Of a stretch of DNA of 64,000 bases, positions 44,759 through 54,546 are shown in pieces. Position 1 is the first letter of the stretch. Every line of letters starts with the position of its first letter. A program made the translations under genes and the position numbers. The DNA lies in the IMG/VR virus record IMGVR_UViG_3300045988_180454, positions 1,037 through 65,036 of that record; one strand, 5' to 3'. The stretch comes from a virus. A model generated the notes under the pieces. That model had not been told where the DNA came from. It did not search any database and saw nothing but the letters and a program-made list of their open reading frames with translations.

Positions 44759-45191
44759 GAGTACCTGCCGACTGAATCGCTTTTGTGATTGCTAGGCGTC
44801 GCTTTTCCAGCTGGGTGACAGCCGGGATAAACCGCTCTGGCACGGTTGAGTAAATCTCGTAAGTCTGACGATCGTGCTTCGCGCCGCTTGGCACACGACG
44901 GCGAACTCGAATCGTATCCTTGAGGTGATACCGTCCAGGATGGTCATCACTGGTACCGATGTTGTACTTCAGTGCCTGGGAAACCATCTCTGCTTTAGCA
45001 CGAAGAACGCGATTGAGAGGTTTGCTTCGCAAAAGCACTTTTCGCATCCCCCAATAATCAGAGAAGTATAAAATGCCTTTCCGCTGACCAGACGCTTGTT
45101 TACGAAGACGATTTTGATTAAACACATTCGCCTTCTTAGTCTTGTCGAAAGCAGGTATCCTAGCCAACGGTTCGATCCACCCGCTTCCCAT
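44751..45191 (-). CDS. head-tail connector protein (HK97 gp10-like position)
   Basis: Called from size and position in the connector block. Confidence 0.45.
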   Translation of the reverse strand: MGSGWIEPLARIPAFDKTKKANVFNQNRLRKQASGQRKGILYFSDYWGMRKVLLRSKPLNRVLRAKAEMVSQALKYNIGTSDDHPGRYHLKDTIRVRRRVPSGAKHDRQTYEIYSTVPERFIPAVTQLEKRRLAITKAIQSAGTRG

Positions 45192-45606
45192 TCATCCGAG
45201 CAATCATGACTTCTTTCCCTGCGGTCATACCAGACCACGGGGAAACCCAATCCATGTCACCTTGGCCTTCAACAATGTAGACTTGTTTTTTCCCAGAATT
45301 ATCCGTGAAAACCACATAGTCGTCGGTGACGACATCCTCTTCAATACCGCAGTAAAGAGACTTGCCTGTATAAGTTGTTTTGTTATAAAAAGGACTTGCG
45401 TCTTTGACCTGGGTAAGACGAGGACAAACTATTGCTTGATGAATTACATGGCTCTTGACCAATCCTACTAATGCAGCAGGCATGGACTCCTCAAGATCGT
45501 CCTTCGGAGGGGTGTTTACAGAAAACTGATTCTTACGCTTACGCCAGATTTCTACATCACCTGTATAATCCGCCGTGCGGGTCAGTGCATCTAAAATCCG
45601 TACCAC
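45160..45606 (-). CDS. head closure / head-tail adaptor protein
   Basis: Called from size and position in the connector block. Confidence 0.45.
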   Translation of the reverse strand: MVRILDALTRTADYTGDVEIWRKRKNQFSVNTPPKDDLEESMPAALVGLVKSHVIHQAIVCPRLTQVKDASPFYNKTTYTGKSLYCGIEEDVVTDDYVVFTDNSGKKQVYIVEGQGDMDWVSPWSGMTAGKEVMIARMNGKRVDRTVG

Positions 45607-46052
45607 CGCCTCGGCTGAGCCTTAGGCCACTTATCCATCAAATTGGTTGTAAACATCAGACCTGAGGTATCAGTCTTCACCGACCGAACAGTATTGGTAT
45701 CAGGTGCAAGAATTGCCTCAAGGGCCGTGAGATCCCTTGCTAGAAACAAGTTCTTGAAAGAATCTTCCGAATCAAACTTGCTATAAGCAAAGGGGCCGAT
45801 AGTTTCAGCTGAGAAACCATCTGGATTATTCACCCGCTTTCGTACTGCCTCGGCGACCATGGCGGTTACGAAAACCCGCAACGGGGAGTTCTCGCCATCT
45901 GTATCCCAACGGCCCTTGAGCGTGGGATACCAACCACACAGCCGGGCCGAAATGTTCTCGGCATAGGCTGTGACGAGTTTGGTCCGCTGCTCAGACGAAG
46001 GGCCCTTCAAGAAAGGCTCTACGTCATTAGCAGTTACGAAGCTGAAACCCAA
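45591..46052 (-). CDS. head-tail connector (gp6-like position)
   Basis: Called from size and position in the connector block. Confidence 0.45.
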   Translation of the reverse strand: MGFSFVTANDVEPFLKGPSSEQRTKLVTAYAENISARLCGWYPTLKGRWDTDGENSPLRVFVTAMVAEAVRKRVNNPDGFSAETIGPFAYSKFDSEDSFKNLFLARDLTALEAILAPDTNTVRSVKTDTSGLMFTTNLMDKWPKAQPRRWYGF

Positions 46053-47102
46053 TTACTCACTTTCCTTAAATAGCTCTGGACGAACAGACTTGATGTACTC
46101 GACAATTTCGTCACGAGACAAAGACTTATCTACTTCCACACCGATCTTCTCAGCAAACTTCCGCCATGTGGCTAAGGCTGCTTTAGGGCGAGGAGGGGTA
46201 GGCAAATCTTCTTCGGAAGTTTCCTCTTCAGAATCTTGGTCCGGTTCGGATTCGGAAACGGTCTCGGAAGGTGCTTCCTCGCTCTCTGGAGTTGAAGGTT
46301 GCGGATCTTCAGCATGAGCTTCAGGCTCTACCTGCGACTCTTCCTCCTTAGGTGTTGAAGACTCTTCAGGAGAAGATTCTGGCTGAACCTCTTCAGAATG
46401 AGAATCAAGTTCCTTAGGAGTCTCCTGCGGATTCTCTACCTCAGATTTTGGCTCAGACGAAGGCTCTCCTTGAGGATTATCTTTATGTTCCTCAGCTTCC
46501 TTAGCCTTCATTTCTGCCTCCAGTTCATCATTGCTTGGAATGTGAACAGGGGGCTGCTCAGGAGCAGGCTCTGAATCCTCAGGGGGGATTTCACCAGGCT
46601 TTGGTTGATGACTCAGATCAGGCTCCGCCACCTGCGGAATATCACTTAGACGCGGTGGAACGTACCATAAATCCTTCTGATACTGCTCCATGATCTCATC
46701 CTCGGTCTTCTTATACCGATCAGGAACATCATTTCGCTTATTCAGCTCAAGCTGCCATTCACGCCGTGCTTGAGCCAGGGCATGCCGGTCACCTAAAACA
46801 CCAACATACATAATTGCCGACCAGGCTTGAGCCACAGTTTCCGGGGACACCTTATCAGGGACCCCTGGTTCTGAAATCGGGAAGATAGGAACATCATCGG
46901 CAAACGCATAGTAAATATGCTGACCGATTTTGTCCTCGGCCCACTCAGGGACTAATTCCCAAACATCAAAGAATCGGAGGCCTTGGTTGACCTCATCCCG
47001 AACAAGAGTTGGTAGCACAAACCGGAAACTCGGCATAGGGATGTTCTTATTTAGCTTGTGCAGCTTCCCATCCGAGACTGGCACTTGATCCTGGTCAGTC
47101 AA
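46053..47102 (-). CDS. acidic P/E/S-rich protein with a C-terminal HeH/Rho_N-like helix-extension-helix
   Basis: About 120 aa of low-complexity SEPxPE-type sequence. C-terminus reads ATWRKFAEKIGVEVDKSLSRDEIVEYIK. Confidence 0.55.
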   Translation of the reverse strand: MTDQDQVPVSDGKLHKLNKNIPMPSFRFVLPTLVRDEVNQGLRFFDVWELVPEWAEDKIGQHIYYAFADDVPIFPISEPGVPDKVSPETVAQAWSAIMYVGVLGDRHALAQARREWQLELNKRNDVPDRYKKTEDEIMEQYQKDLWYVPPRLSDIPQVAEPDLSHQPKPGEIPPEDSEPAPEQPPVHIPSNDELEAEMKAKEAEEHKDNPQGEPSSEPKSEVENPQETPKELDSHSEEVQPESSPEESSTPKEEESQVEPEAHAEDPQPSTPESEEAPSETVSESEPDQDSEEETSEEDLPTPPRPKAALATWRKFAEKIGVEVDKSLSRDEIVEYIKSVRPELFKESE

Positions 47103-48218
47103 TTAAATCACCTTCGCGGTAAAGATGTAGTTCGGCTTGAAGCAAACCGGAAGCATGATAGCATCAGCCATCACTTCCAGCCCGACCGGGAAGGTGTTAT
47201 TGTTAATAACACCAGCCACAAGACCGGGGGCACCGATGCCACCGCTGCTACCAACACCCAAAGCCTCAGAGCTCAGAGTCTCACCCCAATAGGTGCGACC
47301 CAAAGTGGAAGATTCAGGTTTAGCCGGATCTGCGCTCTTTGTGGTTAGCAAAATGGTGTCCTGCGGACAGAGCTGCTTAGTCTCCACCTGACCAGTGTGC
47401 AGATTATCAATCTTGAACCGAGAGGTGGTCGCCGTCTGGACACCGGGAATCTCAAAGATTTCCGACATCAACCGCTCAAGGCGGGTACGGTTCGTCCGAG
47501 CATAAGCCGGATCATTGGTACCAATATAAATGCCTTGTGCAAGCAAGTTCGCCTGCTTGGCCACCGTGGGATGGTTAGCAATAGCGCGCATAACCTTCTC
47601 AGGGGCATGCATCACCTCGGGATAGAACCCGTTTTCCTCGCGGTAAAGCTCTTTCCAGTCATAAATCTGATCCAGCGGGTTAGCAGTAGGATCAGTAAAG
47701 AGCTTCGGAGCGGTAATCTTAAACTCCGGCTTCCGACCGAAGTTAATAACCTGGGTCGGTGCGTTCGGCATTTGCAACTCGACTTTATCGTTATACAAAA
47801 TGTTTGCACGCTGCACAGCCGCAGTCATTGCAATAGCCTTAGCAGCACGCTTCACATAAGATTCGATAGCTGGAGAAGCAATATCCTTCTTGCTGTTGCG
47901 AATCTCGTACAGGGTCTTTTCATCAAAGACATAGTTACGAGAAATCAAAGCAAGCTGGAAGTATCCCTTTTGCGTCTCACCGAACCGCTCAGAGGTTGCG
48001 GTACCGGAGAACGTACGGAAGTTAGCGACAACAATGTCGTCGATTTCCGGGCCATACTCGACAGCAGCCCGAATATCAGAAACTTCTTCGCTGGGGAAGA
48101 GCTCTGCGAAAGAATCCGGGTTTTGAAGATCAAAAAGTGCCTGCTCACGGCGGGCAATAGTGGTAAGAACTTCCGGGTCCCAATAATCCCGGTTAACTAC
48201 ACCGTCTAGTACTGGCAT
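47103..48218 (-). CDS. major capsid protein
   Basis: 371 aa, downstream of the scaffold and a small accessory gene. This order resembles lambda D-E. Confidence 0.75.
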   Translation of the reverse strand: MPVLDGVVNRDYWDPEVLTTIARREQALFDLQNPDSFAELFPSEEVSDIRAAVEYGPEIDDIVVANFRTFSGTATSERFGETQKGYFQLALISRNYVFDEKTLYEIRNSKKDIASPAIESYVKRAAKAIAMTAAVQRANILYNDKVELQMPNAPTQVINFGRKPEFKITAPKLFTDPTANPLDQIYDWKELYREENGFYPEVMHAPEKVMRAIANHPTVAKQANLLAQGIYIGTNDPAYARTNRTRLERLMSEIFEIPGVQTATTSRFKIDNLHTGQVETKQLCPQDTILLTTKSADPAKPESSTLGRTYWGETLSSEALGVGSSGGIGAPGLVAGVINNNTFPVGLEVMADAIMLPVCFKPNYIFTAKVI

Positions 48219-48221
48219 TTA

Positions 48222-48683
48222 TTACACTCCGTTCGGTTCGATGTAGACGATCCGGGAAGGCACGTCGTCCTTTTCCGGTTTGTAAGCCGGAAGCCAAACG
48301 CTATAAATCGTGCCGCGTACAGCAATGCCGGTCTGAATATTTTCGTAAAAATTAAACTGACGATCCTGAATCTCGTGGACGCCGAGGGTAAAGCCATCTA
48401 CCTTCTTACCGGCTGCCTTCGCAGCTGCGTCAAACATTTTGTAGACGTCGCCGTCTTTGTACACCGGAATGCCAGATTTAAGATAGCGAGATACGCGGTG
48501 GGCACCTTCCGCTTTCACTTCAGCGGTGATTTCGAGGATGCCATTGACACCCTTATTCAGCTCCCACGGGTCCGCCATCCAGCGGCGATCGTCAATGTCT
48601 TGAATGACCTTACCTTTGACGATCCCAAGATTGCTATTAACGGTTGCCAATAGCTTTCTCTCCTTACTGTATGTATTTGCCAA
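48222..48683 (-). CDS. head decoration / capsid accessory protein candidate
   Basis: 153 aa, between the scaffold and the capsid gene. Confidence 0.4.
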   Translation of the reverse strand: MANTYSKERKLLATVNSNLGIVKGKVIQDIDDRRWMADPWELNKGVNGILEITAEVKAEGAHRVSRYLKSGIPVYKDGDVYKMFDAAAKAAGKKVDGFTLGVHEIQDRQFNFYENIQTGIAVRGTIYSVWLPAYKPEKDDVPSRIVYIEPNGV

Positions 48684-49158
48684 GCCCGTTATCGGAGCCT
48701 AGCTGTTGTTTGTTGTTGCTCTTGGGTGGTTGCGAAGTTGCAATACCCTTAAGCTGTGAAACCAGTTTATTAATTTGTTCCTTGTCAGGTTCACCTTTAT
48801 CATTGATAAGTTTATCATAACTAATAAAGTTATGTAAAGTTTCAACAGTGGAATTGTCCAGGCCATTTGCAGAAGCAGCATTAACAAACTGTGCCTTGAC
48901 CAACAAAGTCTGAGCTTCACTCATAAGCTTAGCTGCGGAATCATCTACGTTACCTTCAGCTTTTTTTTGGCTATTCTCAGCCTTTTGCTCTTCTTGAGCG
49001 GGTTCCTGAGAAGCAGCTTCCTTCTCCTCAGCCTTCACTTCAGGCTGCTCTTCCTGTTTTTGTTCCTCGACTTCTTCCTGCTTGGTGCCGTTCATTGCGC
49101 CAAGCATTTCAGTCATGAGACCCAAGAACTTCTCGGCCTGATCCTGTGATAGTGCCAT
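48664..49158 (-). CDS. scaffolding protein
   Basis: 164 aa, highly acidic and helical (EEVEEQKQEEQPEVKAEEKE), directly upstream of the capsid genes. Confidence 0.65.
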   Translation of the reverse strand: MALSQDQAEKFLGLMTEMLGAMNGTKQEEVEEQKQEEQPEVKAEEKEAASQEPAQEEQKAENSQKKAEGNVDDSAAKLMSEAQTLLVKAQFVNAASANGLDNSTVETLHNFISYDKLINDKGEPDKEQINKLVSQLKGIATSQPPKSNNKQQLGSDNGLGKYIQ

Positions 49159-49163
49159 CTTAT

Positions 49164-50540
49164 TTATCCTTTCGCGCCAATGTATTCTACGTATTCTTCC
49201 TCGCCTGGTTTCGCATTGGCACTAACCAGGGTTGGTCCGTATTCTGGGTGGTCAACAACCTTAAATCGTCCACGCTTCAGCAACTTCCCGCTTGTTGAAC
49301 CCCCAACCTCGTTATAAAAAACCTCCAGATCCTCATCATTAATTGCCTGACCAGGGTCAATAATCTTCCCGTCCACTTCGACAATCTCTGCCACCTCGCA
49401 GTGACAATTGGCATGGATCGGCAATAAATCTTCCCTCGTGTACATCATCGTCGAGGCAACCACGCAAAGACCACAAGATTCACCGCTTTTAGAAAGCTCA
49501 GGATGAATCACTCGCCGGTAGCCTTTCACCTTGTTCTTTGGCATACGTTTCATTGCTTCATGGTGCGTATTTCGGCTGGCAGCTTGAACGTCTTGGCTTA
49601 CCATACGTTCTACTCGCTCTTCAGCTTTTTGTTCAGCCCATGTACGAATGATTTGCTGTTCGTCTCGGGGACTGAGGAAGGGGACAGTTTCGGAAGACGA
49701 ATCTTCAGGTTTACGCTGGGTAATTTGATCTGCGGAGGGTTTGGAAACATCTTTTGATCCAAGCTTGGAAGCTTGATCCTGACGCTTCGATAAGTCGGGC
49801 GAGCCTGATTGCTTTGCTGCCTTCTCAACTCCCTGATCCTGGTTGCTGCGCGTTGGTTGTGCGTAGTCTCCGCCTTGAGTTTTGCCTTCTTGGCCGGTGG
49901 TTTTAAGCCTTTTTTCTGCCTGCTCAATTAACTCTTCCCAATTTTCCTTTCTGACTTCTCCCTTTGGCTGTTTCGCATCAGGGGTAATGTAGTGTAGCGG
50001 TTTGGTCGGCAAGACGTCTGCCTTCTCATACGACACCAAAAGCCGTTTAATCACAGGATCGTCTTTCTTCCTGCGAACATTTTTCCAATATTCATCGGCA
50101 ATGCGTGCGTAAGCCGTTTCCAAATCGGTATTCCGAGACTTCGGAATCACCTCAAGGCTAGGGAGAGCCGCGGAAAAGGTTAAACCCATTGCCCTGGTGC
50201 GGGCAGTGGTTGCCGACCAGGTGACCATCTGAGATTGCCGAATGGCGGAGGTCACAATGGCTGCGGCTGACTTTGCAAAAGTTTGAATCCCCGTCCTCGT
50301 AGCTAGGTTAGCCGTCCGCAAAATAGCCACAATCTGATTCGTGGCTGCGTCAATAATCCGCTGCTTGGCTGCTGCTACCGCCGTTGTAATAGCCGCTACC
50401 TGAGCGATAGAGAGCTCTTCTTGTTGCTCTGGGGTTAACTGTTCCCCCGGGGCCACTAACGGCATGTCTGCAATGCTCGGTTGCGGAGGTAGGTAGTGCG
50501 GATTATAGAAACTATCAATTGGCGCTGTCATCAGCTTCAC
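49164..50540 (-). CDS. MuF-like minor capsid / head morphogenesis protein
   Basis: Follows the portal gene. C-terminal CGLCVV ... HANCHCEV motif. ATG 50531 (GAGGTG-N6) is an alternative start. Confidence 0.65.
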   Translation of the reverse strand: MKLMTAPIDSFYNPHYLPPQPSIADMPLVAPGEQLTPEQQEELSIAQVAAITTAVAAAKQRIIDAATNQIVAILRTANLATRTGIQTFAKSAAAIVTSAIRQSQMVTWSATTARTRAMGLTFSAALPSLEVIPKSRNTDLETAYARIADEYWKNVRRKKDDPVIKRLLVSYEKADVLPTKPLHYITPDAKQPKGEVRKENWEELIEQAEKRLKTTGQEGKTQGGDYAQPTRSNQDQGVEKAAKQSGSPDLSKRQDQASKLGSKDVSKPSADQITQRKPEDSSSETVPFLSPRDEQQIIRTWAEQKAEERVERMVSQDVQAASRNTHHEAMKRMPKNKVKGYRRVIHPELSKSGESCGLCVVASTMMYTREDLLPIHANCHCEVAEIVEVDGKIIDPGQAINDEDLEVFYNEVGGSTSGKLLKRGRFKVVDHPEYGPTLVSANAKPGEEEYVEYIGAKG

Positions 50541-52137
50541 CTCGCTTCTGAGCTATCACATCAGCTGATTGATTCTGCTGCTTAAGCGCATTATCGTCCT
50601 GCTGAGTCATTGAGTTAGCTTGCTTAGCGCGGGTAAGGGGTGTACCTTGATTCGACTGACCAATAACCTGATTCCAAAGCGCCTCGTCGCGGATCTCCAC
50701 TTGCGCACGAGTAATTTGTTCTGGTGTGAAATGTAACCCTTCTCGAAGCGCCGTGGAAATAGCAACTCCATTCGCCACCAAAGTAGCAAAAGCTGCTGTC
50801 TTCTCTGTGAGAGTATAGGTTTGCAGCGGACCCCAGATAGGCTCAAGCTTATTGATATCGGCGCGCTCTTTCTCGCCGTTGAGTTCTAGCAGTAGTGAGA
50901 CGTGCCGTTTCCAGGCTGGGGCAAATCGCTTTCGGCGGTCTTCCACCTTGGCGGTGGAGTTTTCCCGCGCTGCGTCAGCACCCGCTGAAGACTGATTCAG
51001 ACTGTCTGAGAAGTAGGACATTGGGGTGTACGTCAACGACGCTAGGTCTTGAACGTCCTGCTTGGCGGCTTGCAAGAACTCTTGGAAGCTTGTTTGTGCT
51101 GATTCCTGGAAATTGCTTTCCTTCGGAAGCATCCAATTAATGCCAATTCCGTTTTTGAAAACGTTATCGTAGTCAATCGGGCGGCCTTCTCGGTCAAATT
51201 CCTTGAAGTTGCCGATAAACACTCGTTGGCGGAACGCCTGCATAGTAGCAATTAGTAATCGGTGTGCCACCATGTGGTTGATACGGTCAATGAGGGAGGT
51301 GTGTTCCTCAAACTCAGCTCTCGCGTCTTTGTTTTTCAGCACTGTCACCGGGATTCGGGAAACCTCTACTGGATCGTATTCTTTCCACCATGTCCAGCCC
51401 TGAGAAGCAAAACGATTATACGGCACTTCTGTGTCGTACGCAGTTATCCGACCACGATCTTTCTTTGCTGACCGTGCCCTGGCTTCTTCAATGGTAAGAG
51501 ACGGAGTAACCGTGTTGAACTCCTTAACCGCCACCGCCATGTAAACGCCCCCGCCGGCCTCACCTGTGGCTGGGTCAATTTCACCACGGAGAAAGAGATT
51601 GAGAACATCTCGCTGGAGAGCTCGATCACGATACATCACTACCGCTGCAATAGGCTCCCCGTAAGGGTCTCGCATTACCGCCGCGTTTGTTGGCGGGAAT
51701 ACTTTTTGCCGTTTAGTTCGTGGGTCAATATACAGGTAGCTTTGCCGATAGCCGCAAGCAAGTGCCATTGCTTCCTGAGCTTGGATCCCCATTTCATCAC
51801 GGTCAAACAGTTGTGCGATCACTTCATCGCCGTTTTCATCAGACGCTGCTGCGGAGCGGAAACCCAGGATACCTAAACGGTCAGTGGTGGCCGAGACAAT
51901 AAGTTTGGCCCAGTTGGTCTGAGCCATGGACTTCAAAATCGGCAAGCCTTCTACTTGGTTTGTTTCCGGGGTGGAAAAATGATCGAGAAGGTTAGCCCCT
52001 GTGAGATAGTCTTGGTTTCGCTCAATATAAGTAGTTCGCTCGGCAATTTCAGCTAATAGTGAGCTAGCAAAAAAATCCGGGGAGTTACGGTCATCTGTTT
52101 TCTGAATCGCTTCGCCGTGTTTAATTCGATACTTCAC
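50515..52137 (-). CDS. portal protein
   Basis: 540 aa, immediately downstream of the large terminase. Confidence 0.75.
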   Translation of the reverse strand: MKYRIKHGEAIQKTDDRNSPDFFASSLLAEIAERTTYIERNQDYLTGANLLDHFSTPETNQVEGLPILKSMAQTNWAKLIVSATTDRLGILGFRSAAASDENGDEVIAQLFDRDEMGIQAQEAMALACGYRQSYLYIDPRTKRQKVFPPTNAAVMRDPYGEPIAAVVMYRDRALQRDVLNLFLRGEIDPATGEAGGGVYMAVAVKEFNTVTPSLTIEEARARSAKKDRGRITAYDTEVPYNRFASQGWTWWKEYDPVEVSRIPVTVLKNKDARAEFEEHTSLIDRINHMVAHRLLIATMQAFRQRVFIGNFKEFDREGRPIDYDNVFKNGIGINWMLPKESNFQESAQTSFQEFLQAAKQDVQDLASLTYTPMSYFSDSLNQSSAGADAARENSTAKVEDRRKRFAPAWKRHVSLLLELNGEKERADINKLEPIWGPLQTYTLTEKTAAFATLVANGVAISTALREGLHFTPEQITRAQVEIRDEALWNQVIGQSNQGTPLTRAKQANSMTQQDDNALKQQNQSADVIAQKRGEADDSAN

Positions 52138-52141
52138 TTCA

Positions 52142-53830
52142 TTAACCGCCTAACCGAATCGGCACCTGCAAAAAGTCCGTCTCAATTTCCGCTGCACCTT
52201 TCGCCAAAGCTTGCAGGCGGGCCTCCCAGGACAGCACAGCCGCCATTGCTGCGTCATATTTGAGCTCTCGCTTAATTTTGGTTAACCGCCACTTCTGGTT
52301 GTTTTCGTCATCGTACTGATTTAAAAGGTTTTTCCCTGCATTACCGATATGCCGTTCAAGATCAGGATTGCCAGTATGAGCTAGGTCACCGGAATCTATA
52401 GCTTCTTTATATGAACGCAGTGCATAATACATAGGGTTTGTTTTATTAGTATACCAAAAGATAACTTTCTTTTCCCAACGTCCAGCCCAGGCGGACAATT
52501 GCTCTTGCCAATAAGGGGGATCGGCAAACATCCAGTAAACCTCGAAGTCTTCAAAAAGCGCCTCAACGGTCGCTTCAACCTCAGACACCGGAACTTCCCA
52601 GTTCCGTGAAGCTGGATCGTCCTTTGGTGGACGCTCCCAGAGACCCACAAGCTGCTGAACACCAGTATTAATATCGGTAATCACAATCGCTGTTGAGTCC
52701 TGAGTCTTAGCGCCGTCGAAGCCAATTGTTATCAGTGCCCCGTGCGGGATGCGAAGCTCTGGATCTCCTAGGTCAGCAAATTTCTTTCGATCAAAGGCGT
52801 ACATAGAGCTTGCAACCCAGCGGTTGCACCAAACCCGCTCAAGGCGGGAACGGTCCGCTCCTTCCTCGTCCCAAAGCTTCGCGGTAGCCAACAGATCACG
52901 CCACGTCGCCGGTCCCGCGGCTTCACGCAACGCCTTCAAGCGCTGAGCAATGGTGTCAAACTTCGCTAGCTCATCTGAGGTTTGACGATGATAAAAGAAC
53001 GTGGTGCAGTCATCAATCTTCAAGTGTTTCTTGTTCGCGTTCTTGACGCCTTCTTCAAATTCGCTCTTTGCAATTGAGTCCTCAGAAGGATGTCCAGCGG
53101 TAGTAATTGACAGCTTCCAGGTGCCGAACATACCGAGCTTCGGTAGGCCGTGCACCACCGTAGAATAAGCCTTCCGGTTCTGGTCGGAGGTAAACATATG
53201 GGTTTCGTCAAACACCACAAAGGTTGGTTTCAAACCTTCGGCGCTTCTTGAAGTAGCAGCTAGAGGAAGCGCTTTCGAGTTCACTTCACCCTGCACCATA
53301 ATCCGCTCTTGGGTCACGTCAAACCAATCAGCATCTGGTATTTCCTTCGCAATCTCCATGGCCACGCCATAACCAAGGTCAAACAGCAACTCTTTGGTTG
53401 GCGCGAAGAAGGGAATATAGGGAGATTGAACAGGAATACCGGGGGCTAACCCGCCGGGCATAGAGGGATCATACCCATTAAAACGAACCGGTGCCTCGGG
53501 ATGCAGTTCACAAAGCGCAACAATCGCGCCTAACTCAGTTTTGGCGCAACCTTTAGGGACCGCAACATTGACCGAATAGAAGTGCCTGCGACCGGACATG
53601 TCGATATATTCATCTTCGTACCTGGATTTATGCCCCTCAGGGAAATACTCGTAAGCACGCATGAGGATATATCGAAAATCTTCACGGACCTTATAGGGCT
53701 GTCCTTGCAACGGGCCTGGCCCGAACACAAAATGACTTTCAATAAAGTCAATGACTTGAGGCCCTAGGGTTGGCCAAATATCCAGCGTCCCATCTGGCTT
53801 TCTCGCTGGTTTAGGGGAAATAATTTCCAA
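52142..53830 (-). CDS. terminase large subunit
   Basis: Walker A-like PKGCAKTE, Walker B FVVFDETH, and nuclease-domain Asp in ITIGFDGAKTQD. Confidence 0.85.
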   Translation of the reverse strand: MEIISPKPARKPDGTLDIWPTLGPQVIDFIESHFVFGPGPLQGQPYKVREDFRYILMRAYEYFPEGHKSRYEDEYIDMSGRRHFYSVNVAVPKGCAKTELGAIVALCELHPEAPVRFNGYDPSMPGGLAPGIPVQSPYIPFFAPTKELLFDLGYGVAMEIAKEIPDADWFDVTQERIMVQGEVNSKALPLAATSRSAEGLKPTFVVFDETHMFTSDQNRKAYSTVVHGLPKLGMFGTWKLSITTAGHPSEDSIAKSEFEEGVKNANKKHLKIDDCTTFFYHRQTSDELAKFDTIAQRLKALREAAGPATWRDLLATAKLWDEEGADRSRLERVWCNRWVASSMYAFDRKKFADLGDPELRIPHGALITIGFDGAKTQDSTAIVITDINTGVQQLVGLWERPPKDDPASRNWEVPVSEVEATVEALFEDFEVYWMFADPPYWQEQLSAWAGRWEKKVIFWYTNKTNPMYYALRSYKEAIDSGDLAHTGNPDLERHIGNAGKNLLNQYDDENNQKWRLTKIKRELKYDAAMAAVLSWEARLQALAKGAAEIETDFLQVPIRLGG

Positions 53831-53832
53831 GG

Positions 53833-54246
53833 CTAAACCTCAAATCCCTGATTCCGCATGCGTCGACGTTTACGTGCCCGCGCTGACACGGTTGTGTCAT
53901 TCGGGTCAATAGGTGCAAACCGCTGGTTAAACGCCGTGGTTTTTTGAACGTGGTGCTCATAGCAAAGCAGCTGTAGATTGTCTAACCGGTTTGCTAAATG
54001 CTTTTCGTGAGGTTGGAACTCACTGATTTCTATGATGTGGTCTACTTCTGTTCCTGGTCCGCCACAAATAGCACAGCGTCCGTTATAGAGCTCTCGAACC
54101 CGCTTACGCAAAGAATCGGTGGTGTGAGATTCTTTTTTCGGCAATGGGTGCTCAGCACATCTGGTTGTGCCAGGAAGAGCAAGGTTGTGGCAAGAATGAT
54201 ACACTGGGGTCTCTGATTCCCAGGAACAAAAAGTGACTTTCGGCAA
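53833..54246 (-). CDS. HNH endonuclease
   Basis: CAICGG ... VDHIIEISE ... NLQLLCYEHHVQKT. Confidence 0.85.
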   Translation of the reverse strand: MPKVTFCSWESETPVYHSCHNLALPGTTRCAEHPLPKKESHTTDSLRKRVRELYNGRCAICGGPGTEVDHIIEISEFQPHEKHLANRLDNLQLLCYEHHVQKTTAFNQRFAPIDPNDTTVSARARKRRRMRNQGFEV

Positions 54247-54248
54247 AA

Positions 54249-54431
54249 TTAAGACATCCGTCCCGTGGTCTTACGACGGCTCGGCGCCTTCTTTGAACGG
54301 TAGGTCTTATTCTTGAGCTGTCGCGCTACAGCGTTTTTAGGGGTGAAATCATGCCCCCACTTGGAACCGGCCTTACCCTTGCCTTTTTTGTTTTTGTTGA
54401 GAGGCTTATTGCCCCGCCCTGATTTTGCCAC
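54249..54431 (-). CDS. very basic 60-aa protein
   Basis: AAAGGA-N8-GTG. About one third of residues are Lys/Arg. First gene after the late promoter. Confidence 0.5.
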   Translation of the reverse strand: MAKSGRGNKPLNKNKKGKGKAGSKWGHDFTPKNAVARQLKNKTYRSKKAPSRRKTTGRMS

Positions 54432-54464
54432 AAATAATTCCTTTGCTTTCGATTAATTAAACTT

Positions 54465-54473
54465 ATTATAACA
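54465..54473 (-). promoter_or_regulatory. extended -10 promoter (TGTTATAAT) for the late/packaging operon
   Basis: Minus strand reads ATATGTTATAATAAG. It sits between the thyX terminator and the basic-protein gene. Confidence 0.5.
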
Positions 54474-54506
54474 TATGTAGTTTAACCAACCTTAGTTTAT
54501 TGTGGC

Positions 54507-54535
54507 AAGAAAAATAGGCCCCAGCTTTGGGGCCT
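54507..54535 (-). terminator. rho-independent terminator after the thyX-fusion gene
   Basis: 8-bp stem AGGCCCCA/TGGGGCCT with a 4-nt loop, followed on the minus strand by ATTTTTCTT. Confidence 0.7.
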
Positions 54536-54546
54536 ACAACAACTAT

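Noticed and set aside
47397-48209. 270-aa plus-strand ORF opposite the major capsid gene
   Set aside because: It is antisense to a strongly supported structural gene within a uniformly minus-strand operon. No RBS is present and the composition is off-frame-like.
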